This document shows, one piece after another, positions 11,493 through 25,099 of a stretch of DNA of 64,000 nucleotides (the first letter of the stretch is position 1; each line of letters begins with the position of its first letter). A program made the position numbers and the translations under genes. Below the pieces are notes generated by a model. The model made no database searches. It was given only the letters and a program-made list of their open reading frames with translations, and was not told where the DNA came from. Source of the DNA: Octopus vulgaris (lineage: Eukaryota); NCBI GenBank assembly GCA_951406725.2, contig OX597814.1:119970001-120034000 (forward strand), written 5' to 3'.

Positions 11493-12557
11493 CCGTATAT
11501 TGAAATTTTTACACACACACACATATAAACACACACATGCACAGACACACACATATACACATATATAAACAGTTACATGTTGTGAATAAATCTTTAAAAA
11601 TAGTTTCCCTGTATTAAAAATGCTTATAGAAATAATATTCTAGACGGCTCATATACATGGAGAAATAATCAGAGTTATACACGTCTTTGTGCCTACGTGT
11701 GCTTTTCAACCGATACGTATTATTGTGTTACTGTTATAGATACATTCATTTCATGCATAAAATCAAATCAATAGATGCTTAGTGAATGATATAAACATAT
11801 CTTTCCAATGAAAGACAGGAGTATTATATGTAGAAATACGTCCATATATATCAGTTTTGACGAGACACTTGTGCAAGGGCTTAACAAAAATATAATTCGC
11901 ATATATATTGAGATGTTGACAATAAAACAACAGGATAAGGTGAACAGCTATTCCAAAAGAGCCTAATATTTCTATACCTATGTTGTTATTTCATAACAAT
12001 AGTATGTCATTAATGCAAAAATTCTACACACAGTTTACAATATTTGAAGTCTATATTAAACCACGAATGTGAAAGGTAATTGTGTTGTAGGTTATAAGTA
12101 AGAATGCTATTTGTTCCTCGCATTTAAACCCGTATGAATTGACATTAGGATTATATTGTACATGACCTGAATCTAAAAGCGCCTACGTTGAAATAAGTGT
12201 AATTGAATATCTTTAAGCTATCGCAACAAAATAACAGATATAGATGTGCGTGTGTGTGTGTGTGTGTGTGTAAATCACGAATTGTAGAAGATGATTCACA
12301 AACACAAACTGTAAATGGAGTCAGGCAAGTAGAGGCATGTGACGGGTAAAGTGTAAAAATATAAAACATACAACGACAATCAAAGAAGTGTACAATGAAG
12401 ATAACTACTCAAATGAATAAACATATAATAATGTCTATACGTTTTATCATAGAAAATAAATCATTATAAAAGGAGAGAAAAGTGGAGAAATACACGGGGG
12501 CTAATACGTAAAGTCAGTTTACATGTCATCTCTTACGTATGACATATAAACTGACTT

Positions 12558-12616
<59 letters not shown>

Positions 12617-12644
12617 TGTCAACATAACACATATTAGAGTAAGA

Positions 12645-13750
12645 AGCGCACTCTAAAGAATACAGCAGGAACTATGAAAACAAAAAGCTAATGTATTGTC
12701 ATAGAGTGTCTAATGGTCTCATATCTACGAAAGCTAGTGCCCTGCGGACAGCTAGTCTGACTCTATACAAAGACAAATTTAATTATTCAACACACGGAGA
12801 TGGAGAAATGCTAAGACAAAAATGTTACAGGGCAAACAAATGAAAAACTTATTGAGGACGGGTTATCTCCCCTCCTCCAGAGGAAAAATGGAAGCTAGGA
12901 TCTATATCGTTAAGGTCTCCTATTGGTTTAAACAGCAAATAGAGAGACCCATTTCCCAGTAGGTAGCGCTTGAACTGAACACATTTTGACAAAATCTATT
13001 TCCATATATTTAACGTTCTATGTAGAAGATCATAGAACATTCAAGCCCATATATCAATGGGAACGGCCGCGGCAAAATCTGATTCGCAGACCTAAACTTG
13101 GTGCGTTGAATAACCTTGAACAAATTTCCTCGAAATGTGTTCCTTTTCAGTGCTACCTAATGGAAAGTTAGGTCGCCCGGTTTACTTTATTAACCTAATA
13201 AGAAAAAAAGTTCCTTCTCGAGCCATGCCAGGCTCATAAGGGCCGGTTTCCCGGTTTCAGTGGCGTAGAAATTCTCCACCTAGATGGGACGATGGTCCGT
13301 TGCAGGATTACACATTTTTGACAGCTGAGTGGACTGGAGCAACGTGAAAATGAAATGTTTTGCTCAAGAACACAGCGCATCGCCCGGTCTAGGAATCGAA
13401 ACCACAACATTACGATCTTGAGTTCAACACCCTAGCCACTAAGCCACGCGCCTCCACAACCTAATAAGAGACTTTTACGAAATAGACCATGGCTCCCAAT
13501 TATCCTCTGGCTCAGGGGAGATAACCCGTCCTCAATACACTTTTACTCCGTTTGCTGTTTGACATATTTGTCCTGGCGTTTCTTCACTTCCGCGAGGTGA
13601 AAGGTACGTTTGTGTTTGTATACAGTCTGATGAGCTGTCCACAAGACAGTAGGTTTCGTAGAAAACTTTGGTCGCTCTATGAGCAGACTATAAGTTTATG
13701 TTTTAATATATGTATTTATATACATAGTTGAGGTGTATTCCGTTAAGAAC
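12645..13750. mobile_element. Long foldback / long-TIR element (arms about 370 bp, spacer about 80 bp), right arm interrupted by a SINE
   Basis: 12645-13020 is an imperfect reverse complement of 13100-13202 plus 13458-13750. Examples: attgaggacgggttatctcccct vs aggggagataacccgtcctcaat; taggtagcgct vs agtgctaccta; ctacgaaa..ggacagct vs agctgtcc..tttcgtag. Confidence 0.8.
13203..13457 (-). mobile_element. Full-length tRNA-derived SINE with target-site duplication
   Basis: Minus strand starts GGAGGCGCGTGGCTTAGTGG (A box) and contains GGTTTCGATTCC (B box). TSD aacctaataag at 13192-13202 and 13458-13468. Confidence 0.88.
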
Positions 13751-14077
13751 ATATTACAATACAAATTACTCTTAAAATTCCCAAATAGCCGGTAGTATTT
13801 TTATGGTATGCTACCAATTATAGTTTTAGGTATTCCTCGTGTTTGAAAATAAAATGTAAAGAGTAAAAGAGTCAAAAGGAAGAGTAAGTACAGTGAGGGA
13901 GCTTTTTAATGATCGCTACAAATGTTTCGATACATATATATCTACGAATATATACAGGATTTAAATTTGAATTTAAATTAAATTAGGTAATGATTTACCT
14001 GAATAATAAGATTTATACGTATCTCTTCGGGCGATATTTAATCGCTGTCTCCGCAAGTAAATTTTTATATATGTATA

Positions 14078-14128
<51 letters not shown>

Positions 14129-14166
14129 TATATATATAGATAGATAGATTGATATATGTACGTATG

Positions 14167-14233
<67 letters not shown>

Positions 14234-14606
14234 GTACGTACGTATGTATGTATGTATTATGTATATTAATATGTGTGTATGAGGAAAGGTGTATTCTCAC
14301 GCGGCAAAAACTATAGGAGAATTTGTTTTGAGGTTTGAAAATGCGCCTGAATCTCAAATCAAATAGTCGATTTTCAATATTGTATTAATTTATTCCAATA
14401 CCTGACCGGATTCCACAGTTTTAGGGTTATATATGGAACAAATATAACTAAAGGGTTTAGAAGAATTTACAAGGTAAAAATCGAAAAGAAAAAACAATTT
14501 TTAAACAATCAAATGTTCAAAGATTCACAGAAAAACAAAAATTTCAAGACGTTTCACAGAGGTAGATAGTAATATAAGTGTAAATTGTGGAAACTTGTCT
14601 GGTATT

Positions 14607-14641
<35 letters not shown>

Positions 14642-14685
14642 TTTTATTGTTTTACCTGTTTCAGCTGAAAGACGTTAGTTAAAAT

Positions 14686-15695
14686 ATGCCCTATTCATAA
14701 AGAGAATAGCAGAGCAGAGGCCAAAAACTATAGTCGTTTCTCTCTGACTTCGCACATTAGCAAAGTCATGGAATGAACAGTCAGAAAATGTCTAATCGCC
14801 TTCATTGAGGAAAATAACTTACTGACTGACACCCTTTATTGTTTCTGAACAAGAAGAAGCTGCCTGATTCAGCTCTTACAACACCATGACTAGGTTATTA
14901 AAACAGCTGCTCAACCAGTCAAATCTGGTTGTGATATATCTCGACATTGCAAAAGATTTCGATGAAGTCGATCATGGAATGATACGTCACAAACTGCGTG
15001 ATCCTGGCGTAGTCGAGAAATTGGGAGAATGGCTGCATGACATTTCTGAAGAATAGAAGTCCGGTGGTAGTAGCCAATGAAGCCACTTCCAGTTATACGC
15101 AAATAGTGAGCAGTGTTCCGCAAGGCACTGTTTTGGGACCACTACTGTTAACAATGGCCCTCTCAGATATACCCTCAGCCACACATGAGCCACGATAACA
15201 GGTTATGCAGGTTAAAAAAGTCTCTGAGGTGATACAGAGCCCTGTAGATGCTATACACCTGCAATGTGAGTTGGATGAAATATACAAGCGGGCTGAGAAG
15301 AAGAACTTGCAATTTAACGTTTAAAAGTTTCAGGTTTTGTGCTATCAGCATGCAAAACTAAATGCAATACGAATGAAATACACTGTACCTGGAGGGATTG
15401 CAGTTCCAGAGACACAGTCACAGCGAGACCTGGGCATTTAGATGAGTAATGATATACTCTTCCATGTGCATGATGCTAAGTTGGCAATTAAATACAGGCG
15501 ACTGACCGGATAGATTCTTAGATCAATTAGAACGAGAAATCAAGAAACCATGATGGTCCTCTGGAGGACGGTTGTCTTTAGCCGCTTTGACTATTGCTTC
15601 CAGCTATGGTCACCAACCAGTATAAAACTAATTGTAGAATTTAAGGCAATCCAACGAAGCTACACGAAGAATATTTCCTCTATTCAGCATATAGG
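14686..15695 (+). mobile_element. Decayed CR1/L2-group LINE reverse transcriptase fragment
   Basis: PIHKENSRAEAKNYSRFSLTSHISKVME, IYLDIAKDFDEVDHG, SSVPQGTVLGPLL, SRFDYCFQLWSP; many stops and frameshifts. Confidence 0.88.
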
Positions 15696-16089
15696 CTACT
15701 TATTGTTCATGACTTGTACATGTTCCACAAACTTGCCAATTACTTGATGGTAGAAATCACTTGAAGAATTTATCAAGTCACATTTTAATATTTTCATTAT
15801 GCTTTATGATCTACATTCAAGTGTTGTTGACTGAATAAATACAAAGATTAACTCTTGTATTGGGAGTGTGTTAACATCAATGATTTTTACATAATAGATC
15901 TATAGAGCTATCTCGGCTAGCCACAATTAAAGATAGCTGACCGATGGTGTTTATGAGATTAAGAATGAAAATGATTACTGAAATAAAATAAATTACACCA
16001 CACTACGAACCGATAAAGATGAAAAAAAAATATGTGACATGCAAAGAAAGTTGTTTTTCGTTGGTTTCCTAATTTTAGATACTTCACAA

Positions 16090-16625
16090 ACAACGAAAGT
16101 TTGCGATGTACTCTAGGAGCTTTTCAAATAATTCACAATGTTCGTGTCTCCTGTGCCACATGAATTCGCAGAGATACGAATCAAGCATATAACGGTGGGT
16201 CCCACAACAAGGTTTTCTTAACTCGTTTTAGATAGGCCCAAGTGATTTCCACTTGTTGAGCATGGGTTCAAGATTTCGAGTTAGTAAAATTCATCACTGT
16301 GGTTCACCGTTCTATGATCAAAATAGTATCCAACAATTTCAAATATATGTGAATATGACTTCCACAAATCATTGAAAATAGTGGGGCCTGGAGAATGGAA
16401 TGTCGTATGCACTCTTTCAAGGTGTCAAGATTACGGTTAGGGATAGCATGGAGAAAAACGTCTCTGGTTCCGCACCACACGCCACCGAAGATCCACTACT
16501 CAGGCATCACACTTCCTCGGTTGTATTTGCGTCTTGAGAAGACTGTTTCATCTATTCCAACAATCTTGCCAGGATCACCTATCTGAACTGGGTTGCGGGG
16601 CAAGTGCTCCGCAAACACTTCAAGG
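16090..16625 (-). mobile_element. Merlin (IS1595/ISXO2-like DDE) transposase remnant
   Basis: Minus-strand translation across stops and frameshifts: IGDPGKIVGIDETVFSRRKYNRG...WIFGGV...AIPNRNLDTLKECIRHSIL..PTIFNDLWKSY...HRTVNHSDEF...THAQQVEITW...MLDSYLCEFMWHRR. This matches the ISXO2-like signature (VEIDE, RKYNRG, W.FG, TVNHS, HTQ.IE.W, YL.EF.WR). Confidence 0.88.
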
Positions 16626-17276
16626 ATATAAGGTAAACACAGCAAGTAAACAGAAAAACCGCTCCAAAAATATATATGAAAAATATATCAAATGAAAAAT
16701 ATATAAAATACTAGAACACAGAAAAATATGTAAAACACTAAGAATATGTAAAGCAAAATATGCGGGTGAAGTGAATCTCGTGGTGTGAAGAATCAACAGA
16801 ACGTGTGATTGTCACGGTAACTAACCGTTAATGCATCCCTCCCTGTTGATTGTAAAAAACTCCCCAAATTTAATTCCAAATAGCCACAGATTCTTTAATT
16901 TACGCGATAGAGTATTTAGTTGAGCATAATCACAATTCAGAACTACATCGATACACCAATTTTGAAAACAATCAGAGGAAAATTAAAGTGGGATGATTTT
17001 CAGAATGAGACAGACCAGATCCAACGTAAACATCAAAAACACACACATAAACACACATACACACACACACACACTCACACACACACACACAAACGTATGC
17101 AAATGCACATACACATGCACGCACGCATTTATTTATCTTTTCTCTCTCCCCCTCTCTCTAAAACACAGACTCTATATATATATACGTATTTATTTATTAT
17201 GTATGTGTAAAAAAATGAACCTGTTCCTGTCCTGTAAGTATGTATACATACATACATGCATACACACACACGCACA

Positions 17277-17592
<316 letters not shown>

Positions 17593-19339
17593 ATATATAT
17601 ATATGTACGTATGTATCTAATCTTCTATCTCGTATTGTTTTAGTTGTTGGTCTGTGGGCATGGTGCAGTCACTTTTTGCAGAGGTGCTAGGTTAGTGGAC
17701 GTAATCAACTCAACACCAGCTCTCAGCGGTAGTGAGAGACAAACACAGGCCCAAAGACTTGCGCGAACATATACATTCATGTACAGAGAGAGCGTAACGA
17801 TCGACGTAATAATGTATAAGGCGAAAGAGTGGAATATGAGTGACAATATTAAATCCGTGTAGGGAAGGCTGAATGAATACCATACTTTACACTTGAAATG
17901 GAAGATTATACAAAGACTAAGAACTGATCAGAAAGCAAATAATGAAAAGTTTCCTCTTATTTCTTAAGAAGCAAGTTAGCTGCATTCGCTTCTGATAGTT
18001 TTCTTCACAACAGCTGATACCAGTTTCATTTTAATTTCGCATAATAGAAGGTGTTACTTTCTAATGATTCAACGGGAGACATCTCTCTCGTTGTTCAAAT
18101 CGATAAAGAAAATATTTGGGGTAAATAAATGTAAAGAGTAGAAAGCTTCAATGCAGATGTAATTCTCCAGTAATTGAGCATAAATTGACTAAATAATTGA
18201 AGGAAAGCGTGAAATAAAGAGAAAAAATATAACACAGCTACGACACGGAAATTGCTGAGTCAACACAAACTCACTTCTGAGCTTATAATGTATTCAGATA
18301 AATTACATAAAATATGAATTCAGAAATGCTACGGCATTTAAGTAATTTCATATAAGAACGTACATATAATACATATCATAAAGGAAATGACAATGTCTTA
18401 GAACAATGGTTGTTTTTTATCAAACGTTTGATTAGGTTGAATTTATACTAAGAGTGTAACAGTGTTTGAGAGAGATAATATTAAACATGTAAGAACGATC
18501 TACAGCGAATATCTACACACACATACACACACAATCACATAACTATATTTCAACGAAAAGTATCCAAATATCTTCTTGAAACCCTGACAGAAGTAAACTG
18601 TTTTTACTTCAAATTTTTATGAATTTTTACTTATATTGGATAATATGAGATAATATGAGATAGAAACCAGTACTATTTTCTTATATGATTTTTAAAATCA
18701 TTGAAATGTCTTAGACTTACAACTGTGCCATTTCCGCCATCACAGGTCAATTTCACATACACCTATGGTCCATTATTTCGAGAGTCCCTTGCTTCAGAGT
18801 AAATATAAATAAGTGTAAGCTGTGTGGAAGTGAATCCTTTGACATCCTTAAGATTTCTCGGCCAAAAGCTTTGAATAGATTTACAGAGGTGATCCCTTTT
18901 TGCAACCCTAGGTTTTCGTCTACCTTTTTGAAAGTGTATAGAAATAAAAGTAACTGTAATAATATTGTTTTTGTGTTACGGAGAGTTGAAACCAGCGAGG
19001 TTCAATTCATGTTAACAACAGCCACCTGCATGTTTAGCTATAAAATAATTTATTTATTTTGTGTGTGTTAGAAAAGTTGGACTTGTCCACTGATGGGTTT
19101 ACCTTTAAAATTAGTCATGCGGCAGTGAATCAGCTCTAAATAAAATGTTGCTCTGTTCGTGTTTCCACCTCTATTGAGTTGTGTGTCATTCTGAATACCT
19201 TGCCAATACATTGTTGTTATACTGAATTGTTATCATTGTTAAATTATCACCAAAGGCTGTATATTGCTTGTTGAAAGCGTTCATTATTCATTTCACTGTT
19301 GGGGAAAATAACTAAAATCACTGTGTTGAAAAAAGTAAT

Positions 19340-22300
19340 GTCATGTGGCGATAAGCCAAAGAAACCCATGGAAAACATATTTGAAGACATGTCAAGTTCA
19401 ACTGAAGGATCACCTACGAACACACAAGAGGAGTTCCTAAGTCTGCCGTATAAATAAAGTGTCTAAAAGAATAATTGATACACTTAGTGTGCAAAAAGAG
19501 GAGGAAAATGAAGGTAAAAGAAAAGTTTCGCCTCAGCAGCCGAGGTTAGAACCCGGTAACTCTCAACGAGTAAAACTGAAATAAAAAAAGTACAACACAA
19601 TGATGGGAAAGAACGGAAATGTGGTGAAAGTGCAAACACCAGAGAAACTATTACAATAGGATAGGGAAAAATGATAATTTACCAGACATATAACTTAAAA
19701 TGTTGGAAAATCGATAGGATGTCAGAAGAGGAAATAGAAAAATGTTTAAAAGCTATTTGGTGTGATATCGATTGCATAACAAGAGGGAAGAAACTCAGAA
19801 CAATAGAGGTGAGGATGAAAAATGAAGAAAGGGCGAAATATTACTCGGTGAAAACACTGTAAACAAATGTGACACTCATCCCCATGTTCATGGGGATAAG
19901 AATATCTAGAATAAGGATTGGAAGAACCCCTCCAGAGATAGATCCCATGTTGCTAGCGGCGGCTGTTATAATGAACCAGGACAAAATTACACGGATCTTT
20001 TCCTTTTGAACGGGCAGTTTTCAACACAATTTCTAGTTAACTAAACACTTTTAAACTTCGTATACTGGTAGAATGTGTCAAAATAAAACATTTTTTTCTC
20101 TTGGCTTTCTTGAGAAAATTGGAATTTGTAAGTTTAGTGTAGTTTAATTTTTCGAATTTTAACCAATCGATGGCCTCTATTGAGCTAAAATCATTTGCTG
20201 CGTCTAAAGCTGAGACAATATCCTGTCACTGTTATGTTTACGTACGGAAAGCGTGTGTATAAAATTATAGAATTATTTTGTTTGTTAATTGTTTAAATTA
20301 TTTTCCATTGCTTTCGTTCTTTTCTTAAGCAATGGAAAATAGTTTAAACAATACACGTGTATCTCAAAACAAAAATAAAACGAATAATTATAGACACACG
20401 CGTAACAATTAAATTAATTTAACAATTAAGAAAAAAACGAAACGCTAAAATTTAGGGTTAGGGTTAGGTTTAGAATCAGTGACAGGATGTTATCTCAGCT
20501 TTAGACGCAGAAAATGATTTTAGCTCAATAGAGGCCATCGATTGGTTAAAATTCGAAAAATTAAACTACCTTAAACTTACAAATTACAATTTTCTCAAGA
20601 AATCCAAGAGAAAAAAAACGTTTTACTTTGACACATTCTACTAGTATACGAAGTTTAAAAGTGTTTAGTTAACTTGAAATTGTGTTGAAAACTGCCGTTC
20701 AAAAGGAAAAGATCCAATTACACTCCTCCAGGCTTCAGTCACAGAAAAACAAATTGGACTGGACAGACCATCAATATGATCATAGAAGCAACACCCAAAA
20801 TTCTGGAAGAAATTTTAAAAAACTACAAATAGAAGAGGAGGCCCTCATAGTTTTTGTTGAGACACTAAAACCCAGATGTTTCCAATGTGGCGAGTTAGAC
20901 GTCATTTGTAATGAATGTATAGAAGAAGAGGAGGAGAAAGAAAAGGAGAGAAAAAGAAAGAGAAACAACATCAAACAAAAAGAAGATGCAGCCTACTACA
21001 CAATCCAAAGCGGCGCCGACGTCAGATTCGAGACCCAAGAAAGCTACGAAAAGGGAAAAAGACGAAAGAGGACTAGTGGTAGTTAATACGGATGACGCGG
21101 AATTAACGAGAGACTTCAAACTTAGACGAAATTTCAGAGATGGTGGCAGAAGCAAAGATTAACCGGGAAATATCGGTCGGCTTGCAACTCCGGCACTGGA
21201 GAAGCAAGTCGATGCCTTCAGAGTGCGTCGTAGGCCGTTGGACGGAGGGGCCGGTAAAGTTTCGAGGGGTCTGGTTTGAACCGGATCTCTAGGTAGAGAA
21301 GAACTGGGCCGAGATTTCGAGCAGGGTGGCCTTAGTCAAGACTTGGTCTTGGCGGTGGATGTCCCTGAAAGGGCAGGCGGAGGTAGCCAATTTGTTCATT
21401 GCATCAGTCATTACCTAACGCCTAACCGTCGTTCCTTGCCCGGATTCGTGGTTGACAGCTCTTCCATTTTTTGTGGAAGGGCTCGAAGCAGTTTGTAAGA
21501 CGCTCGATCTGTTGTCAAAGGCCGTTAAAGGGAGGACTAGCGATGCATTGGTTGTTGATGCTCAAATATGCGATGAGGTTGAGGCATCTCTGGATTTTCT
21601 TGGATGGCGAACGGTTGAGACCTCCGCTGGCGAAATAGATGTTTCCATCATTCGCTAGATTTTGTGGACATGAAGACTGCTGCTTTCGTAGATCAAGGTT
21701 GAGTGAGTGGCATACGGAGTGTCGTAAGGTCCTCTTGCTATTCTGTCCCTCGTGTAATGCCAGCGGTGCAGGTTCTACAGCATTTTTCTATAGAGGGTTA
21801 GTAGAGGCTGAATGTGACGATGGCCTGGGAGAGACCCGGAGTATCGGGGGTGTTCAACTTGACAGCCTGTTCTTTAGTACGTTTGGATTGAGAGCGCTGT
21901 ATAAATTCCGAAATACCTAGACTTGGCAATGTTACAGAAGTGCCTTACCCGTTCGGGATAAGCTTGCAATATATGGCAAGGTATGGCCAATACGCTTCAC
22001 CGACCTGTCCAAGATATGCGCGGGATAGGGAAACCGTCCCGCACGCTATTGTCCAGTGTCCGGAGGTATCGGAGATGTGGGCTTATGTAGAACACCTGTT
22101 GTCTGGTGCAGGAAGAGTACAGCTGTCGACTGAGTCAATTATAAAAATTGACCCACCTGAAGTTTTGTTAAATGAAGGTAAGAATTGTTTTGTCATGGTT
22201 GGAGCAACAGCGAAAGAGGTGGTATAGAAGACAAGGATGAAAGTAGCAAAGGCAGGCAACTTAATCTCTGGATTCACTTTACAAATATATTTCGCTTTAC

Positions 22301-22640
22301 ATTTGAAAAGGAAAGTGAGGCTGCAGAAGAGGCGTCTGTCGGAGAAAAAGTTCGATGAAAGATCGAAGTATGTAGCCCGAGTGTTGCGAGTAAACGTAAC
22401 CGTGTGAGTACGCCATAAGTTGTCTTGGAAAAGTATCAGTGGGTGATTGGGGCTCGCGGGGTGGTCGGGGCTAAATCGAAACACTACTCCATTTTTTTTG
22501 TCCTTTGTTTAATGTAAATTATTCGATTATATGTTAAAATTTTTAAACGCATTTTTATGTTGAAATCATATCGTGTATCTAACCCCAATTCAGATTGTGC
22601 TGTCCCCACCTATCTTGGCTCCTAGTGGTCAATAAAGAAT
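19340..22640 (+). mobile_element. Decayed L1/Tx1-group LINE: ORF1 remnant with zinc knuckle and distal ORF2, interrupted by a MITE
   Basis: ORF1-like LKPRCFQCGELDVICNEC (degenerate CCHC) plus a lysine/glutamate-rich stretch. ORF2-like GPVK..GVWF.PDL.VEKNW, WSWRWMSLKGQAEVAN and CPRYARDRETVPHAIVQCP (zf-RVT). AATAAA near 22631. Confidence 0.75.
19993..20715. mobile_element. Long-TIR MITE with 8-bp TSD (Merlin-like by inference)
   Basis: TIRs start GGATCTTTTCCTTTTGAACGG and end CCGTTCAAAAGGAAAAGATCC, extending about 235 bp. TSD aattacac at 19985-19992 and 20716-20723. Internal ttagggttagggttaggtt. Confidence 0.92.
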
Positions 22641-23200
22641 CAATTTTGCTCTGGGGGTGTTTCCTGTTCATCCTGCTGAGGGGGTCATCGCCGTCCTGCA
22701 ATTTACTGTAATTAAACCGCGATGGTGAGCTCCCGAAAAAGGCCAAAGATGTATGTGAATTTGACCCGTGGAAGTCTGTTTATTTATGAACTTTGGACGT
22801 ACTTGTGTGAGGAGAGTAAAATGATTTTTTTACATATTTTTAAAAATATTTTTAATTGTTTTAGTCGCTGGACATTTATTTTATCTTTGTCTATTAATTC
22901 TTTGTTAGTTTATGAATTTTTAGTTGCTTATGTTTACCTTTTTGATAGGCCGTTCCATTTATATTTTATTTTATTTTATTCGAATATATATCTTTACCTT
23001 TTCTGTTTTTATGCATATAATTCTTTTTTATGTGATCAAATGTTCGAGGTATGGTGTTATGAATAAAGTCATTGACTCAAATGTAATGTTTGTTCTATAA
23101 CCAATGTTTCTTTATCTTTGTCTCATTTACATTTGAGCACTTCCTTTGCAGTCCTACAAAACCTTTTTTTTCTGTAAAAAGAGACAATTATTTCTTGTTT

Positions 23201-23241
<41 letters not shown>

Positions 23242-25099
23242 ATAGATTTTCAAATAAATTGACTTATATCAAAGTTCCCTTTTTCATTATGATTTTGTTT
23301 GACACGGTGTACAGTTTAAATTGAGCTTCATAGAAACATCCCTCAATTGAACGTATTATTCCAATGTTCACTTTTAGCAATTATATTTAGAGGAGTCAAA
23401 AATAATAACGAACACTAGTATTCATATTATATGGTTTCATCAAATATTGGAGATTTAATAACAGGCAGATTGAGAAAGGATTTCATTGAATATCAGTCCA
23501 ATTTTCCGCGCTGTCAATTGATATATTACATTGCAAATATACTTTTGTTTCCTATCAAATGAATAACAACTTGCGTTGTAGTGCTCATTGTAAGCAAACG
23601 AATAGTTCATTGTGTTATGTACACAAGTGAAGACTATCTCGAATAACTGAATACCTTCAAGTGCATCAATGCATCTGATTTTCCCAAAACCAAATGCCAA
23701 TTAATATACTATGAGTAATATTTTCAAAGAAGATCTAACCATTTGATATGAAACTCATAAAGAGATTATTATGCTAAGATTTGTAGGAGAACTCATTACA
23801 TAATGCAGTATAGCTGGGACAGTTATATGTACTTTTATCATATATAGCATGTCCTATAGCTGCTTAGTTAAAATGATCGTTTTGTAATAATTTGATTTCG
23901 CCTTCGAAAACATAGCTTACCGTTTTGGCGAAAATATTCTGTTACATTCTTGGTTAGTATAAGGGTATGACGGTAGTAGTAGAAATACATATTCCTTTCT
24001 AGGATTAACTTTAATTTCGTAAAATACTTGGTTCACATCTAACAGATACATAATAGCAACGGCCAAGAACTGTGATGGTTCAGTTGCAATGCATATTCTA
24101 TATGTAATACAAAAACGTTTGCTAAATAATGTATGAAGCTGCCTTGATTTTTGACATGCTTTTAGATATGAAATTGCGATAGAGGAACATTGTGATCATA
24201 AATGTTTTCCCAGTACATATCTCAGCTTATTTTTGTTATATTATAGACGCATATTTCATTATTTTTGAATAAAAAAATGTGGCGTCATTCCAAGTGAATT
24301 TCTTACTATTTCTAGTCAGTCAACAGCTCTCTTATTTCGAGGGCAGTGTTTACAAACTGCGTATAACTATTTCTGTATTTTAAATGCATTTCCTTTTTTT
24401 CTCCTTCTTTCTTTGCTAGTATAATTCTATTTCGGAGAGTTTATATTGCAGAAAATGTAGAAAAAATTTCGTTCAGAAAATATTCTATATAAAATTGGAA
24501 TTAAGGCTTTTAAGAAAATGGAAATATTTCTGATATTTGTGAAATTTAATACATCTCATTTTGTATTTCGTTTTCATTTTATGTTTTGATTTCTGAATAT
24601 AGAAACAATGTTTAGATCAATTAACTGGTGAGAAATATTTTATAAGCTCCAATATAAAATTAAGGCTTCGTCACACAATTAGACGTAAGAAACAAAAGTA
24701 AAATTATACAGAAATACAAATTGTTTGTGTGCGTATGTATGTATGTGTGCTTATTCGCACGCGTGTTTGTATGCGTGAGTGAGTGTAGGCATGGACCCAG
24801 GGTTTGTGATTCGCATATCAAATACGTTATCTACGGGTGTGTTCAGATACGTGTCACTTTGAAAACCTTATACTATTTAACCAATAGATTTGCGATAGCA
24901 ATGCAATAGTATTCGAGATCCCCTGAATAGTATATGCCAACCACATCAAACCTGTTTATACATACACGCTATAGGTTGGTATATATTATATCATACCTTC
25001 ATACAATAAGAACTGAAATGCCAGTTGCTAGGCCACTGAATCAAGTGTTGAAACACGATATGCAGTCAAGTATCCCCAGTTTTCTGTAACTACTGTCGT

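Noticed and set aside
13627-13665. CTGATGA followed by a GCTGTC/GACAGT hairpin (hammerhead-like)
   Set aside because: No GAAA directly follows the stem, and the motif is not conserved in the opposite arm of the foldback element.
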